Part shown: positions 39,886 to 53,949 of the stretch, piece by piece | How the letters are laid out: each line of letters starts with the position of its first letter | Numbering within the stretch: position 1 is the stretch's first letter | Assembly (NCBI GenBank): GCA_051294375.1 | Contig: CM119267.1 | Location: forward strand, 3,159,344-3,223,343 | Direction: 5' to 3' | Length of the DNA: 64,000 nt | Source: Paraspadella gotoi | Taxonomy: Eukaryota; Animalia; Chaetognatha | The notes under the pieces: generated by a model | The model's database searches: none | Told to the model about the DNA's origin: nothing | What the model saw: the letters and a program-made list of their open reading frames with translations, nothing else | Position numbers and translations under genes: made by a program

Positions 39886-42800
39886 ATTGACAAAATAATC
39901 AAGGGAAAAATCTCTGTTCTCCTCGTAATGAGAGATCAATCGGAACTCATTCCATCCGACGATTTTCGCGCGAAGGAACTAAATTAGTCAGCCAATCAAA
40001 TCGACGAACGAAATTAGTTTCAGCCAATCAAATCACGTAAAAATAAACAAACAAGTGAAAACCAAAGAGTAAAGCGGAACGAATAGTCGATGTTTATTTC
40101 AGCCTCGGATTAAAAGATAACATTTTAAGCAATTATCAAATATAAAAAAAAAATGATAAAATAAAATAAGTAGAAGCAAAACGTTTGAAATTGGTTTCAA
40201 ACAACGTCTGTTACAATAAAAATCGTTGTTGAAACCAATTTCAACGTCTTCCGCTAATATCAAAACACAACGAAACGAAAGGAAATATTACGATGCCTAA
40301 AATAAAATAATAATTTAATAATAATCTTATTAGAAAAAGACTCTATAATAAAATCATGAGAGTGATGGTTTAATTTTCCATAGTTTAGAAAAAATATTGC
40401 GAGCCTCACCGACTCTGTACGGGCGTCACAAAGTTTAATCAGCGTCACATTCACGATAAGACGAAATTGTGTGAGAAAAAAAAAAGATAAAGTGAAAACA
40501 GAAAAATAGTTTAAAGGCCCGAGGACAAATAAAAGATGGATAAAAGCTGTCAAAATAAAATAAACTAAATAGAGAAGGGAGAAGTAGTAAGGCGAGAAAG
40601 CGAAGAAAGGTATGAGATTTGCGAAAGAAATAGAAAAAGTAAAAAGAGAAGTATTAACGCTTGGAAAGAGAGAGGAGAATTTGAGTATTTCTTCGTTGAA
40701 GGTTTTATGAGTTTGATTTGGTCGAGACTCGAGTCGTCGTCTGCTCCGTGGATGAAGGGGAAAGTTTATGGGAGGTTTGTCGTGGCGTTTATTGACGTGG
40801 CGTTGAGCGTCGATGGCGTTAGGCTGTGCGTGCCCTCTTCAAGCTTTTCCTTCCCCTTCTCCTCTTCCCCTAACTCCCCGTTCCCCCCTCTCCTCCTCCC
40901 TCCCCTATCTCCCTCCCTCTCCTCCTCCCCTCCCTCCCTATCCTCCCTAACGTCGCAGAATAGAAATCTGATTATCTGACGAAAAAAAAAAATCGTCCGA
41001 ATTTTTTAACGGAAATTTCAGTTTTTATTTTTTTAACATTTTTTAAAAAAATTCTTTTGATCGTTTACATAATCGTTTAATCGTTTCGAATGTCGGTCGC
41101 TTGGAGGGGAGGTTTGTAGTTAGTTGAGTTAGTTAGTTGAGGTCAGTATGTTAGGTTAGTTTAGGTTAGTTAGTTTAGTTAGTTAGTTAGTTAATTGGAA
41201 TGGATTTCTTTTTTATTTAAAGAATAAATTCATTATATAATAATTAGAGATAACGTCGGGGGTGAAAAAAAGAGAAAGACCCGGAAAAATATTTGTTTGG
41301 AATCCGAACCAAAGAAATTAAGGAAGACAGAAAGATAATGAAGACAGAAGACAGAAAAGGAATAGGAATTAAAAAGAAACAATAACAGGATATATATTGA
41401 AGACAGAAAACGGAACAGAGAGAGAAATTAAAGAAAAAACAAGAACGGTAATTCAAATGTGTTGCGCCGCAGTGATGCCTTATCACGTATATTTCTATAT
41501 TTGCACTTTTTATTAAAGTAGCCCAATTGCTGGGCTCCTGAAGCAGCGGACTACAACACACGCACAAAAATCGTATCTTTTTGTAACTTCCATCGTCGTT
41601 TTTTAATGCGTCACTCATTTTGTCGTCGCTCTCACCGCGCTACTGCTTCCTCCATCGTTCAAATTATCGTTGTTGTTTCTGTCGATCCTGATCTTGACGG
41701 AGGCTTAAATTATTCTTTCTCCTATCAGCAAGCCAGAATTTATTGTTGCAAAAGTAACGTCGGGAAAACAACCCTAATCTACTTACCCTAATCCCAACCC
41801 TAATTCCCACCTTAATCACAACCCTATCTTATCCCTTAACCCTAATCCCAACCCTAATCCCTAATATCTATCCCCTAAACTAACCTTATCCTTACCGAAC
41901 CCTAAACAAGTATCCATCGTTCAAATTATCATGGTCGTTTTTGTCATACGGCAAGGGGATGATGATTGAAAGACCTATATTTCTCGTGACATGAATGACA
42001 TAACATGATTACATGACTAAATAACTTCTTAGCCCGTGCATTTATGACACGCATCGGAATTTCGTCTTTATTCTTTATTGTTATAGGATTTCCTGAAGGC
42101 GGCGCTAGCAGTCCTTCTATTAGAGTTTTTCTGGTCTTACAATGAGCAACAACTATATGCAAGTGATGAATATTTTATGACGACCGATCGACCACCAGAC
42201 CACCGAAAAGTGACTTATAGAGTAGCTCCGCGAGTACTCGCGACAACTAAAAAAAATGCAGTAACGAATCTGAGTTAGCCCTTAATCTTGAAGAGAATGA
42301 GTTACCAGATCCAAGATCCGAAATGAGATCAAAATGTGATGAAATCAGAGATTTTTTATCTCATTGGTAGTTAAATAATGTCATTGTTCTAGAATTATAT
42401 TTGGTTTAATATCCTAGAAGCCGGGTTCACCCGTTGTTGTCGGTAGAGTCATTTCACTCTACTCCGCTCTCGGACCGCTCTCTAATCTCTACGCGCGAAA
42501 TCTTAGCGCCGATCAGCTAATCGGCTCCCGATGCTAAGGCTAGCGTCCGCATGCCCCATGTGCTGTGCCAGCGGCGCTGCATCGTGCCATCTTTCTTTAC
42601 AGTCCCAAATTTATATCTATAATTCATTTCTAACAGCGCAAGTGCTTCGCAGCTGACATGCAATTTTCCCTTCGTGCTGCTCTTCATTTTGCTTACCTCA
42701 GGCTCCGTGGTCTGCCGCATTGACCGCTCCGCCTGTCCGCTCCGCATTCGCTGCTGCGTCCCGATCCTCGCTCAATTTCGCTCCATCGGTCTGCTGCATT

Positions 42801-45800
42801 GACCGCTCCGTAGTTCTGCTACTGCATCTCGATCCTTGCTCAATTTCCGCTCCTCGCGTCAGCTTGCTCGACCAGCTACTCCTTGTCTCCTCTGAATTCT
42901 CACGTACCGCCAGCCGCAGCAGCCACAGCCCTTCTGAATTTGTTCTTTCGCGCCCGCCTCAGCCGCGGCGTCGCGCCAGTCCTGCACAAACTGTGCGGCA
43001 TAAGTTCACCAGACTCCGATTCAACATTTCAACTCATATCTCAAGCATTTTTTACCATATGATTGAAGCGGCAATACGTCCAACTTGATTCGTCTTTGGT
43101 AATCTCACCTCGGCCGCCAAAAAACTATAAGTTCCTTCTCCTCCTTTCCCCTGTATTCTCGGGCGTTGACGTGAGAGAGCGTTGCACGCCCCCTCAACGA
43201 ACGAAAAGGTAAGAGGCGTGACGCAGGCGTCAAGGAGATGAATTTGTGGTTTGACGATGTGTAGAGGTTATGCGTTGGCTCAAGCCGAGCAACCTCGAGC
43301 CGAGATGAGCGAACGTGCCGTCAACGTTGTGCGCGTTCCGCGGCATTCACTTCGGTTTGGGATGAAACAGTGCCGGAATGCTATGGGTCGCCATAGACTA
43401 ATTCTGCCGGCTAGCGCCGACGTCGGTTTTAAAAGAATGATGGCTAGTAATGAGTACCATTGCCTTGGTATCGCGCCCAACGCGATAGTGATCTTCAAAC
43501 GGCGAAGGAATCTCTCGACCAAGCCGTTTGATTGGGGATGGTAAGCGTATAAGGATGAGTTAATTCCCATGAGGATAAAAGTTGACGCCATGTTGCTGAT
43601 AAGAATTGGGACCGCGGTCCGGTCGTCACTGTCGCTGGACGCCGAATGTTGAATCCAGCCTTTGGATGAAGGCGTCGGCGACGGTTTTGGCGAGAATGTC
43701 CTTCTATGGGGACAGCGATTGGCCAACATGTAAACGGTCGACCACGGTTAGAACGTAGTTATATCGTTCGAGGGAGGGGACTGACAAGTCGATATGAAAT
43801 ATGGCTGAAACGTTTATCGGGTAACTCGAAGTGCCGATCTCGGGAATCGTATTGCGGACGACTTGGCGCCTTGGCATCCTTGACATTCGCAACCATCTGG
43901 AGACGTTGGACGCATTGAGGGCCACACACAAATTTGTCCGCGTGATTGACGCGTTCTCTCGACGCGGGATGGCGAGATTGTGGATTGTCTCGAAAACGCG
44001 TCGACGCCATGAAAAGGACAAAAGGTCTGATGAGCCGTTGCTGACGTCGACGGTGATCGTCGACGTGCAGGGTAATTATTTCTTTAATGACAGCAGTGCA
44101 GCTTTTCCAGAATATAAACTTGTAAAGATAATGCTCAGATTTTTGTAGTATCTGAGCGACCACAATAATAACGGCCAACAAATACTATAACAGCATAATA
44201 AACGCAATAAACGACGATAACTAAACATGCTCGATATGTAGTGAATTGATATTCCCGCTATAAACGACGTCTCCTACTTTTTTAAAGTCACCTTCAGCTC
44301 CGCACCTCCTCATTCGCTTTGTTTCCTTGATTTGGTTTTGCTCAGGTTGACGCCTCGTGTTCTTTTTTCTCCCGGTTGACTGGGTGTGTTGACGTGGGTG
44401 TTTGGGCGCGGGTGCCTTTGACTCTTTACGTCGAGTCCCCCCACCGCCCGCCTTTCTCGGCCTTTCCTTCCCCTTGCGGATTATTTATATGTTTTTTCCT
44501 TATTTGCTCTTATTATTTTAATTTTAATTTGTTTGTTCTTTCGTCCTTTTTTGGTTTGGGCCTGCATTTGTTACTTTGACTTCGGTTTGTCCTCCATGTC
44601 TCGTCTGATTTCGGGTTGATAGATTTCATCGGCTCCACCTTTTGGGCGAGTATCTCTTCCCTCAGGGCAATTCCAACTCCTCGCCACTTGTTCGCTTCTG
44701 GTCATCCCGGCCAAATTTTTTCTTCATACTCCTGAGTTCCTGCTTTCTTGCACTCTCGCTTAATTTGGCGCTCATCTTCAACCATCGATGTTATTCCGAG
44801 TTGCTGTTGGTTGTTCCCTTCAGTTTAGGATTTCCTTTTCATCATTTCATACGTTTGTAATTGCCTATCTGGTTCCCGCGACCGGCTCTTTTCCGTATCT
44901 GCCTGTTTTTCTGCGATCCCTCTTTCTCTTTCTCCTCCCACTCGTCCTCTCGTTATTATCCCTGATGTTTTCTTCTGATGAAATCCAAAGTTTTCCATGA
45001 CCAGTTCCTTCTCGTTGCAACCGCCCCAAGGCTTCTCTGATACTTTGACTTCACCCAAATCCGAGGAATGCCATTTCATCTGGCTCCGCGTCACTAGGGA
45101 GCCTGAAAGTCGTGTTTTGCTTGGCCGCTGCCTTTGAGACTTCTTCGGACTCTCGCCTTGTTCTGAACGCGTCGATCACCCACTGATTTATTCGTTTGTA
45201 TTACTATTTGGATTTGCATTCGTTTTTTGTAAATAGTTTTTTTGTTTGTACTCTTTACCTTGCCAGTGAGCCAAACTCAAATTCCTCTTGTTCTTCCTTC
45301 TTACTCCTATTTTGATGAAGGTCCGCATCTTGTTCTATTTCGTTTTTCTCCCTCTTTTTTTCTTTTTGAACTCGAATTTTCGAATTACTATATATCTATC
45401 GTCGTTTTTTACTCTATCGGCTCCCGTGTTGACGGTCGCTACGAGATTTGCTTGCTTTGAATCTTTTCTTTCCAATCTCGTTTTCTTTTATCGCGCCGTT
45501 GTGGCGGATGTTTGTTTCTCCTCTACTCAAGTTTGAGCGCATTAGTGATTATTGTGCTTCTGATCAATTTTTCATTTATTAATTTTACCATGGCTTCTCT
45601 GTTGCGCGGTCTGTTTCAGTTATCCTTCCTAACCGCCAGACGTCTCATGGAAGGTTGTTTTCTACTACTATCACTAATTTTCCTATTTTCCTGTCGTCAT
45701 ATATTTGTCCATTTTTGTCGTTTTTGGAGAGTTGTCCAATATTCGGTTGACCATCTGGTCCAAAATTCAATCCGCTGCTTCTCTTACTGTTTCCAAGTCG

Positions 45801-45992
45801 CCCTCATTCGGTCTCCCTCTTCTGGGTGTGAGGTAGTAAAGTCAATGCTGTTGACGAGTGGGTATATGGGTATATAAAGTTCATGGGAGATAGTACTGTC
45901 CTTCGGTTGGATCTGAGGATGTGTATGTAAGGGTCGATGGTTAGTATCCCTTGATATTTCGCATAGTATTTCGTAAAAGTGTCTAGATCTGG
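39209..45992. repeat. About 6.8-kb direct duplicate of 45993-48548 plus 49946-54392
   Basis: Colinear match from aaaaaacacgtttttcaggtttaac to gtgtctagatctgg; this copy has many 1-nt deletions that break the integrase ORFs. Confidence 0.9.
41438..42255 (-). mobile_element. Helentron/DINE-like element (family A) with insertions
   Basis: Same two termini as 30531-30845; contains a (ccctaa)n-like block at 41770-41907. The second copy spans ~48335-50505. Confidence 0.6.
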
Positions 45993-46692
45993 AAAAAAAA
46001 CGTTTTCAGGTTTAACAAAATTTTCGGTTCCAATTTCTGTTCAGTCCTGAATCTTGTCACGCGCTAATCTGCCACGCCTTTATACTGTCACGCGATAAAG
46101 GAAAAGTGTCACGGGCGTGGCGAGTACGAAGATCTAAAAAAAATTAACAATGGCGAATTTGACAAAATAAAAAATGTAATCCAATGGAGAGTATAAGTGA
46201 ATAGAATATATGGAATTCTGAAAATACTTTTTTGTGAATAGAAAACCATGAATGCGGTGAAACGGAGAGGCAGATGGTAGTGAAATATGTCAACGAAATT
46301 GAGCAGGTTTTTTTGAAAGTGAATTTAGCAAATAAACTAGATGTGAAGGGAAGAAAAAGTGACGGTTACGACTCGGGTTCACATGGAATCTTCCCCCCCC
46401 CCAGCGCGCGTAAAACGTATGCACGGGAAGAAGGAGACGCAGTCAAGCGCAAGCAAGAAAGGAGGGGAGTCGCCAGAGCGCGTGCGCGGCGGGAGAAAGT
46501 AAAACACGAAAANNNNNNNNNNNNNNNNNNNNNNNNNNNNNNNNNNNNNNNNNNNNNNNNNNNNNNNNNNNNNNNNNNNNNNNNNNNNNNNNNNNNNNNN
46601 NNNNNNNNNNNNNNNNNNNNNNNNNNNNNNNNNNNNNNNNNNNNNNNNNNNNNNNNNNNNNNNNNNNNNNNNNNNNNNNNNNNNNNNNNNNN

Positions 46693-46726
<34 letters not shown>

Positions 46727-47020
46727 TGACAAAATAATCAAAGGAAAAATCTCTGTTCTCCTCGTAATGAGAGATCAATCGGAACTCGATTCCATCCGAC
46801 GGATTTTCGCGCGAAGGAACTAAATTAGTTTCAGCCAATCAAATCGACGAACGAAATTAGTTTCAGCCAATCAAATCCACGTAAAAATAAACAAACAAGC
46901 GAAAACAAAAGAGTAAAGCGGAACGAATGAGTCGATTGTTTATTTCAGCCTCGGATTAAAAGATAACATTTTAAGCAATTATCAAAATATAAAAAAAAAA
47001 TGATAAAATAAAAATAAGTA

Positions 47021-47096
47021 GAAGACGTTTGAAATTGGTTTCAACAACGTCTTGTTACAATAAAAATCGTTGTTGAAACCAATTTCAAACGTCTTC
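47021..47096. repeat. Perfect 29-bp inverted repeat with 18-nt loop
   Basis: gaagacgtttgaaattggtttcaacaacg ... cgttgttgaaaccaatttcaaacgtcttc; degenerate copy at ~40180-40251. Confidence 0.9.
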
Positions 47097-48548
47097 CGCT
47101 AATACAAAACACAAAGAAACGAAAGGAAATTTACGATGCCTAAAATGAAAATAATAATTTAATAATAATCTATTAGAAAAACGACTCTAATAATAAATCA
47201 TGAGTTTATGGGTTTATTTTTCCATAGTTTAGAAAAAAGTATTGCGGAGCCTCTCCACTCTGTACGGCGCGTCACCAAAGTTAAATCCGTCACATTCACG
47301 AAAGACAGAAATTATGTGAGAAAAAAAAGATAAAGTGAAACAGAAAAAATGTTTAAGGCCCGGAGGACATTAAAAGATGGATAAAAGCTGGTCAAAATAA
47401 AATAACTAAAATAGAGAAGGAGAAGTAAGATAGGCGAGAAAGCGAAGAAAGGATATGAGATTTCGGAAAGAAATAGAAAAGTAAAAAGAGAAGTATTAAC
47501 GCTTGGAAAGAGAGAGGAGAATTTGAGTATTTCTTCGGTTGAAGGTTTTATGAGGTTGATTTCGGTCGAGACTCGAGTCGTCGTTTGCTCCTGGATGAGG
47601 GGGGAAAATGTTTATGGGAGGTTTGTCGTCTTGGCGTTTATGACGTGGCGTTGAGTCGATGGCGTTGGCGTCCCCTCTCCTCCCTCCCCCTCTCTCCCTC
47701 CCCCTCTCCCCGTTCCTCCCCTCCTCCTCCCCTCCTTCCCTCCCCTCACTCCCTCCCTCCCTCCCCCTCCCTCCCTCCCCTCTCTCCCTTCCCCTCTCTC
47801 CCCTCCCCTATCTCCCTCCCCCTCTCAACGTCGCAGAATAGAAATCTGATTATCTGACGAAAAAAAAAAATCGTCGCGAATTTTTTTAACGGAAATTCTT
47901 AGTTTTTATTTTTTCAATTTTTTTTAAAAAATTCTTTTGATCGTTTACATAATCGTTTAATCGTTTCGAATGTCGGTCGCTTGGAGGGGAGGTTAGTTAG
48001 TTAGTTAGTTAGTTGAGGTCAGTTTGTTAGTTAGTTTAGGTTAGTTAGTTTAGTTAGTTTAGTTAGTTATTGGAATGGATTTTTTTTTATTAAAGATATA
48101 AATTCATTATATAATAATTAGAGTATAACGTCGGGGGTGAAAAAAAGAGAGAAAGACCCGGAAAAATATTTGTTTGGGAATCCGAACCATAAGGAAAAGA
48201 AATTGAAGGCCGAAGACAGAAAAGGGATAGAAATTGAAGACAGAAGACAGAAAAGGAATAGGAATTAAAAAGAAGACATAACAGGGATATATATTGAAGA
48301 CAGAAAACGGAACAGAGAGAGAAATTAAAGAAAAACAAGAACGGTAATTCAAATGTGTTGCGCCGCAGTGACTGCCTTATCACGTATATTTCTATATTTG
48401 GCACTTTTTATTAAAGTAGCCCAATTGCTGGGGCTCCTGGCAGCGGACTCAAACACACGCACAAAAATCGTATCTTTTGTAACTTCCATCGTCGTTTTAT
48501 GCGTCACTCATTTTGTCGTCGCTCTCACCGTCGCTACTGCTTCCTCCA

Positions 48549-49137
48549 TCAAAGAATATTAAGCCTCCGTCAAGATCAGGATCGACAGAAACAACAACGA
48601 TAATTTGAACGATGGAGGAAGGCAGTAGCGACGGTGAGAGCGACGACAAAATGAGTGACGCATAAAACGACGATGGAAGTTACAAAAGATACGATTTTTG
48701 TGCGTGTGTTTAGTCCGCTGCTACAGGAGCCCCAGCAATTGGGCTACTTTAATAAAAAGTGCCAAATATAGAAATATACGTGATAAGGCAGTCACTGCGG
48801 CGCACACATTTGAATTACCGTTCTTGTTTTTCTTTAATTTCTCTCTCTGTTCCGTTTTCTGTCTTCAATATATATCCCTGTTATGTCTTCTTTTTAATTC
48901 CTATTCCTTTTCTGTCTTCTGTCTTCAATTTCTATCCCTTTTCTGTCTTCGGCCTTCAATTTCTTTTCCTTATGGTTCGGATTCCCAAACAAATATTTTT
49001 CCGGGTCTTTCTCTCTTTTTTTCACCCCCGACGTTATACTCTAATTATTATATAATGAATTTATATCTTTAATAAAAAAAAAATCCATTCCAATAACTAA
49101 CTAAACTAACTAACCTAAACTAACTAACAAACTAACT

Positions 49138-49197
<60 letters not shown>

Positions 49198-49720
49198 AAA
49201 CCTCCCTCCAAGCGACCGACATTCGAAACGATTAAACGATTATGTAAACGATCAAAAGAATTTTTAAAAAAATTTAAAAAAATAAAAACTAAAAATTTCC
49301 GTTAAAAAAATTCGCGACGATTTTTTTTTTCGTCAGATAATCAGATTTCTATTCTGCGACGTTGAGAGGGGAGGGAGATGGGGAGGGAGAGGGGAGGGAG
49401 AAAGGGGAGAGGGGAGGGAGGGAGAGAGGGGAGGGAGTAGGAGGGAGTGAGGGGAGGGAGGGAGGAGGGGAGGAGTGAGGGAGAGAGGGGAGGGAGAGAG
49501 GGGGAGGGAGAGAGGGGAGGGAGGAGGGGAGGGAGTGAGGGGGGGAGTGAGGGAGGGAGAGAGGGGAGGGAGAGAGGGGAGGGAGAGAGGGGAGGGAGGG
49601 AGTGAGGGGAGGGAGGAGGGAGGGGAGGGATGAGGGGAGGGAGAGAGGGGAGGGAGAGAGGGGAGGGAGAGAGGGGAGGGAGGAGGGGAGGGAGAGAGGG
49701 GAGGGAGAGAGGGGGAGGAG
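48549..49720. repeat. Inverted duplicate of ~47660-48548 (large fold-back)
   Basis: ORFs 48090..48404(-) and 48698..49072(+) have near-identical translations; followed by an N gap at 49921. Confidence 0.9.
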
Positions 49721-51599
49721 AGTGAAGCGCTTTCTTAACGCGCGACCTAGATAATCCGAGATTATCGCAAATAAAACAAATCTAAGATTTCAATCTCTAT
49801 TTCTTCTAGATGCCATAATTTTGTGCCCTAATTAATTATTGAATCAAAATCCGTGTTCAACTGCTCTCAAATAAGATATATATTGGAAACCAAACAGTTC
49901 TTAACATGTTAAAACACCTTNNNNNNNNNNNNNNNNNNNNNNNNNCTCTCATCCAGCAAGCCAGAATTTTATTGTTGCAAAAGTAACGTCGGGAAAAACA
50001 ACCCTAATCTCTTACCCTAATCCCAACCCTAATCCCACCCTTAATCACAACCCTAATCCTTATCCCTAACCCTAATCCCAACCCTAATCCCTAATATCTA
50101 TCCCCTAAACTAACCTTATCCTTAACCGAAACCCTAAACAAGTAATCCATCGTTCAAATTATCATGGTCGTTTTTGTCATACGGCAAGGGGGTATTGATG
50201 ATTGAAAAGACCCTATATTTCTCGTGACATGACATGACATAACATGATTACATGACTAAAATAACTTTCTTAGCCCGTGCATTTATGACACGCATCGGAA
50301 TTTCGTCTTTTATTCTTTATTGTTATAGGATTTCCTGAAGGCGGCGCTAGCAGTCCCTTCTATTAGAAGTTTTTCTGGTCTTAACAAATGAGCAACCAAC
50401 TATATGCAAGTGATGAATAATTTTATTGACAGACCGATCGACCACCAGACCACCGAAAAGTGACTTATAGAGTAGCTCCGCGAGTACTCGCGACACAACT
50501 AAAAAAGATGCAGTAAACGAAATCTGAGTTAGCCCTTAACTCTTGAGAGAGAATGAGTTACCAGATCCAAGATCCGAAATGAGATCAAAATGTGATGAAA
50601 TCAGAGATTTTTTTATCTCATTGGTAGTTAAATAAATGTCATTGTTTTAGAATTATATGTTGGGTTTAATATCCTAGAAGCCCGGGTTCACCCGTTGTTG
50701 TCGGTAGAGTCATTTCACTCTACTCCGTCTTCTCGGCACCGCGTCTCTAATCTCTACGCGCGAAATCTTAGCGCCGGTCAGCTTAATCGGCGTCCCGATG
50801 CTAAGGCTAAGCGTCCGCCATGCCCATTGCTGTGCCAGCGGCGCTGCATCGTGCCATCTTTCTTTACAGTCCCCATAATTTATATCTATAAATTCATTTC
50901 TAACAGCGCAGTGCTTCGCAGCTGACATGCAATTTTCCCTTCGCTGCTGCCTCTTCAATTTTTGCTTGACCTCAGCTCCGTTGGTCTGCCGCATTGACCG
51001 CTCCGCACTGTCCCGCTCCGCAGTTCTGCTGCTGCGTCCCGATCCTCGCTCAATTTTCGCTCCATCGGTCTGCTGCATTGACCGCTCCGTAGTTCTGCTA
51101 CTGCATCTCGATCCTTGCTCAATTTCCGCTCCCTCGGTCAGCTGCGTCGACCGCTACTCCTTGTCTCCCTCTGAATTCTCACGTACCGCCAGCGCCAGCC
51201 AGCCACAGCTCCTTCTGAATTTGTTCTTTCCGCGCCCGCCTCAGCCGCGGCGTCGCCGCCAGTCGTGCACAAACTTGTGCGGCATAAGTTCACCAGACTC
51301 CGATTCAACATTTCACTCATATCTCAAGCATTTTTTTTACCATAATGATTGAAGCGGCAATACGTCCAACTTTGATTCGTCTTTGGTATAATTCTCACCT
51401 CGGCCCGCCAAAAAACTATAAGTTCCTTTCTCCTCCTTCCCCTGTTTATTCTCGGGCCGTTGACGTTGAGAGAGACGTTGCCACGCCCCCTCAACGAACG
51501 AAAAGGTAAGAGGCGTGACGCAGGGCGTCAAGGAGATGAATTTGTGGTTGACGATGTGTAGAGGTTTGCGTTGGCTCAAGCCGAGCAACCTCGAGCCGG

Positions 51600-52396
51600 A
51601 GATGAGCGAACGTGCGTCAACGTTGTGCGCGTTCCGCGGCATCACTTCCGGTTTGGGATGAAACGAGGTCGCCGGGAACTGCTATGGGTTCGCCATAGAC
51701 TAATTCTGCCGGCGTAGCGCCGACGTCGGGTTTTAAAGAATGGATGGCTAGTAATGAGTACCAATTGCCATTGGTATCGGCGCCCAACGCGATTAGTGAT
51801 TCCTTCAAACGGCGAAGGAATCTCTCGACCAAGCCGTTTGATTGGGGATGGTAAGGCGTAGTAAGGTTATGAGTTAATTCCCATGAGGATAAAAGTTGAC
51901 GCCATGTTGCTGATAAGAATTGGGACCCGCGGTCGGTCGTCACTGTCGCTGGGACGCCGAATGTTGAAATCCAGCCTTGGATGAAGGCGTCGGCGACGGT
52001 TTTGGCGAGAATGTCCTTCATGGGGACAGCGATTGGCCAACATGTAAAACGGTCGACCACGGTTAGAACGTAGTTATATCCGTTCGAGGGAGGGAGACTG
52101 ACAATGTCGATATGAATATGGCTGAAACGTTTATCGGGTAACTCGAACGTGCCGATCTCGGGAATCGTATTGCGGACGACTTTGGCGCCTTGGCAGTCTT
52201 GACATTCCCGCGACCATCTGGAGACGTTGGCACGCATTGAGGGCCACACAAATTTGTCCGCGATGATTTGACGCGTTCTCTCGACGCCGGGATGGCCGAG
52301 ATTGTGGATTGTCTCGAAAACGCGTCGACGCCATGAATAAGGGACAAAAGGTCTGGATGAGCCGTTGCTGACGTCGACGGTGATCGTCGACGTGCA
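51600..52396 (-). pseudogene. Ty3/Gypsy-type integrase region (HHCC plus DDE core), frame-disrupted
   Basis: VFETIHNL..HP, WPSMRANVSRWSRECQDCQ, HIDIV, VDRFT, TTDRGSQF, YHPQSNGLVER; ORF 51617..52249 has the core intact. Degraded copy at ~43320-44070. Confidence 0.9.
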
Positions 52397-52841
52397 GGGT
52401 AATTATTTCTTTAATGACAGCAGTGCAGCTTTTCTCAGAATATAAACTTGTAAAGATAAATGCTCAGATTTTTGTAGTATCTGAGCGACCAACAATAATA
52501 ACGGCCAACAATATATATAACAGCATAATAAACGCAATAAACGACGATAACTAAACAGTGCTCGATATGTAGTGAATTTGATATTCCCAGCTTAAACGAC
52601 GTCTCCTACTTTTTTAAAGTCACCTTTCAGCTCCCTCACCTCCCTCGTCGCTTTGTTTCCTTGATTTGGTTTTGCTCAGGTTTGACGCCTCGTGTTCTTT
52701 TTTCTCCCGGTTGACTGTGGTGTGGGTTGACGTGGCGTGTTTGGGCGCGGGTGCCTTTGGACTCTTTACGTCGAGTCCCCCACGCCCGCCTTTCTCGGCC
52801 TTTCCTTCCCCTTGCCGGATTATTTTATACGTTTTTTTGCC

Positions 52842-53594
52842 TTATTTGCTCTTATTAATTTTAATTTTAATTCTGTTTTGTTCTCTTCGTCCTTTTTTGG
52901 TTTGGGCCTGGCATTTGTTACTTTGACTTCGGTTTGTCCTCCATGTCTCGTCTGATTTCGGGGTTGATAGATTTCCATCGGCTCCCACCTTTTGGGCGAG
53001 TATCTTCTTCCCCTCAGGGCCAATTCCAACATCCTCTGCCACTTTTGTTCCGCTTCTGGTCATCCCGGCCAATTTTTCTTCATACTCCTTGAGTTCCTGC
53101 TTTCTTGCACTCTCGCTAATTTGGCGCTTCATCTTCAACCACTCGATGTTATTCTCGAGTTGCTGTTGTTGTCCCTTCAGCTTTAGGATTTCCTTTTCCA
53201 TCATATTCATCGTTTGTAATTGCCTATCTGGTTCCCGCGACCGGCTTCTTTCTCCGTATCTGCCTGTTTTTCTGCGATCCTCTCTTTCTCTTTCTCCTCC
53301 CACTCGTCCTCTCGTTGATTATCCCCTGATGTTTCTTCTGATGAAAATCCAGAAGTTTTCCATGGACCAGTTCCTTCTCGTTGCAACCGCCTCCAAGGCT
53401 TCTCTGATACTTTTGACTTCACCCCAAATCCCGAGGAATGCCCATTCATCTTGGCTCCGCGTCACTAGGGAGCCTGAGAAGTCGTGTTTTGCTTTGGCCG
53501 CTGCCTTTGAGACTTCTTCGGACTCTCGCCTTGTTCTGAACGCGTCGATCACCCACTGATTTGATTCGTTTGTATTACTTATTTGGATTTGCAT
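52842..53594 (-). pseudogene. Frameshifted coiled-coil/charged ORF downstream of the BEL integrase (possible accessory ORF)
   Basis: Overlapping ORFs 53319..53594, 53207..53449 and 52842..53303 with E/K/Q-rich helix-like content; no family recognised. Confidence 0.3.
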
Positions 53595-53949
53595 TCGTTT
53601 TTTGTAAATAGTTTTATTTGTTTGTACTCTTTACCTTTGGCCAGTGAGCACCAAACTCAAATTCCTCTTGTTCTTCCTTCTTTACTCCTATTTTGATGAT
53701 GTCCGCATCTTGTTCTATTTCGTTTTTTCTCCCTCTTTTTTTCTTTTCTTTTTTGAACTCGAATTTTCGAAATTTACTATATATCTTATCGTCGTTTTTT
53801 ACTCTTTCGCATCCCGTGTTGATCGGTCGCTACGAGATTTGCTTGCTTTGAATCTTTTCTTTCCAATCTCGTTTTCTTTTATCGCGCCGTTGTGGCGGAT
53901 GTTTGTTTCTCCTCTACTCAAGTTTGAGCGGCATTAGTGATTATTTGTG

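Noticed and set aside
41770-41907. True telomere or chromosome-fusion site
   Set aside because: Short, highly degenerate, and embedded in dispersed repeats.
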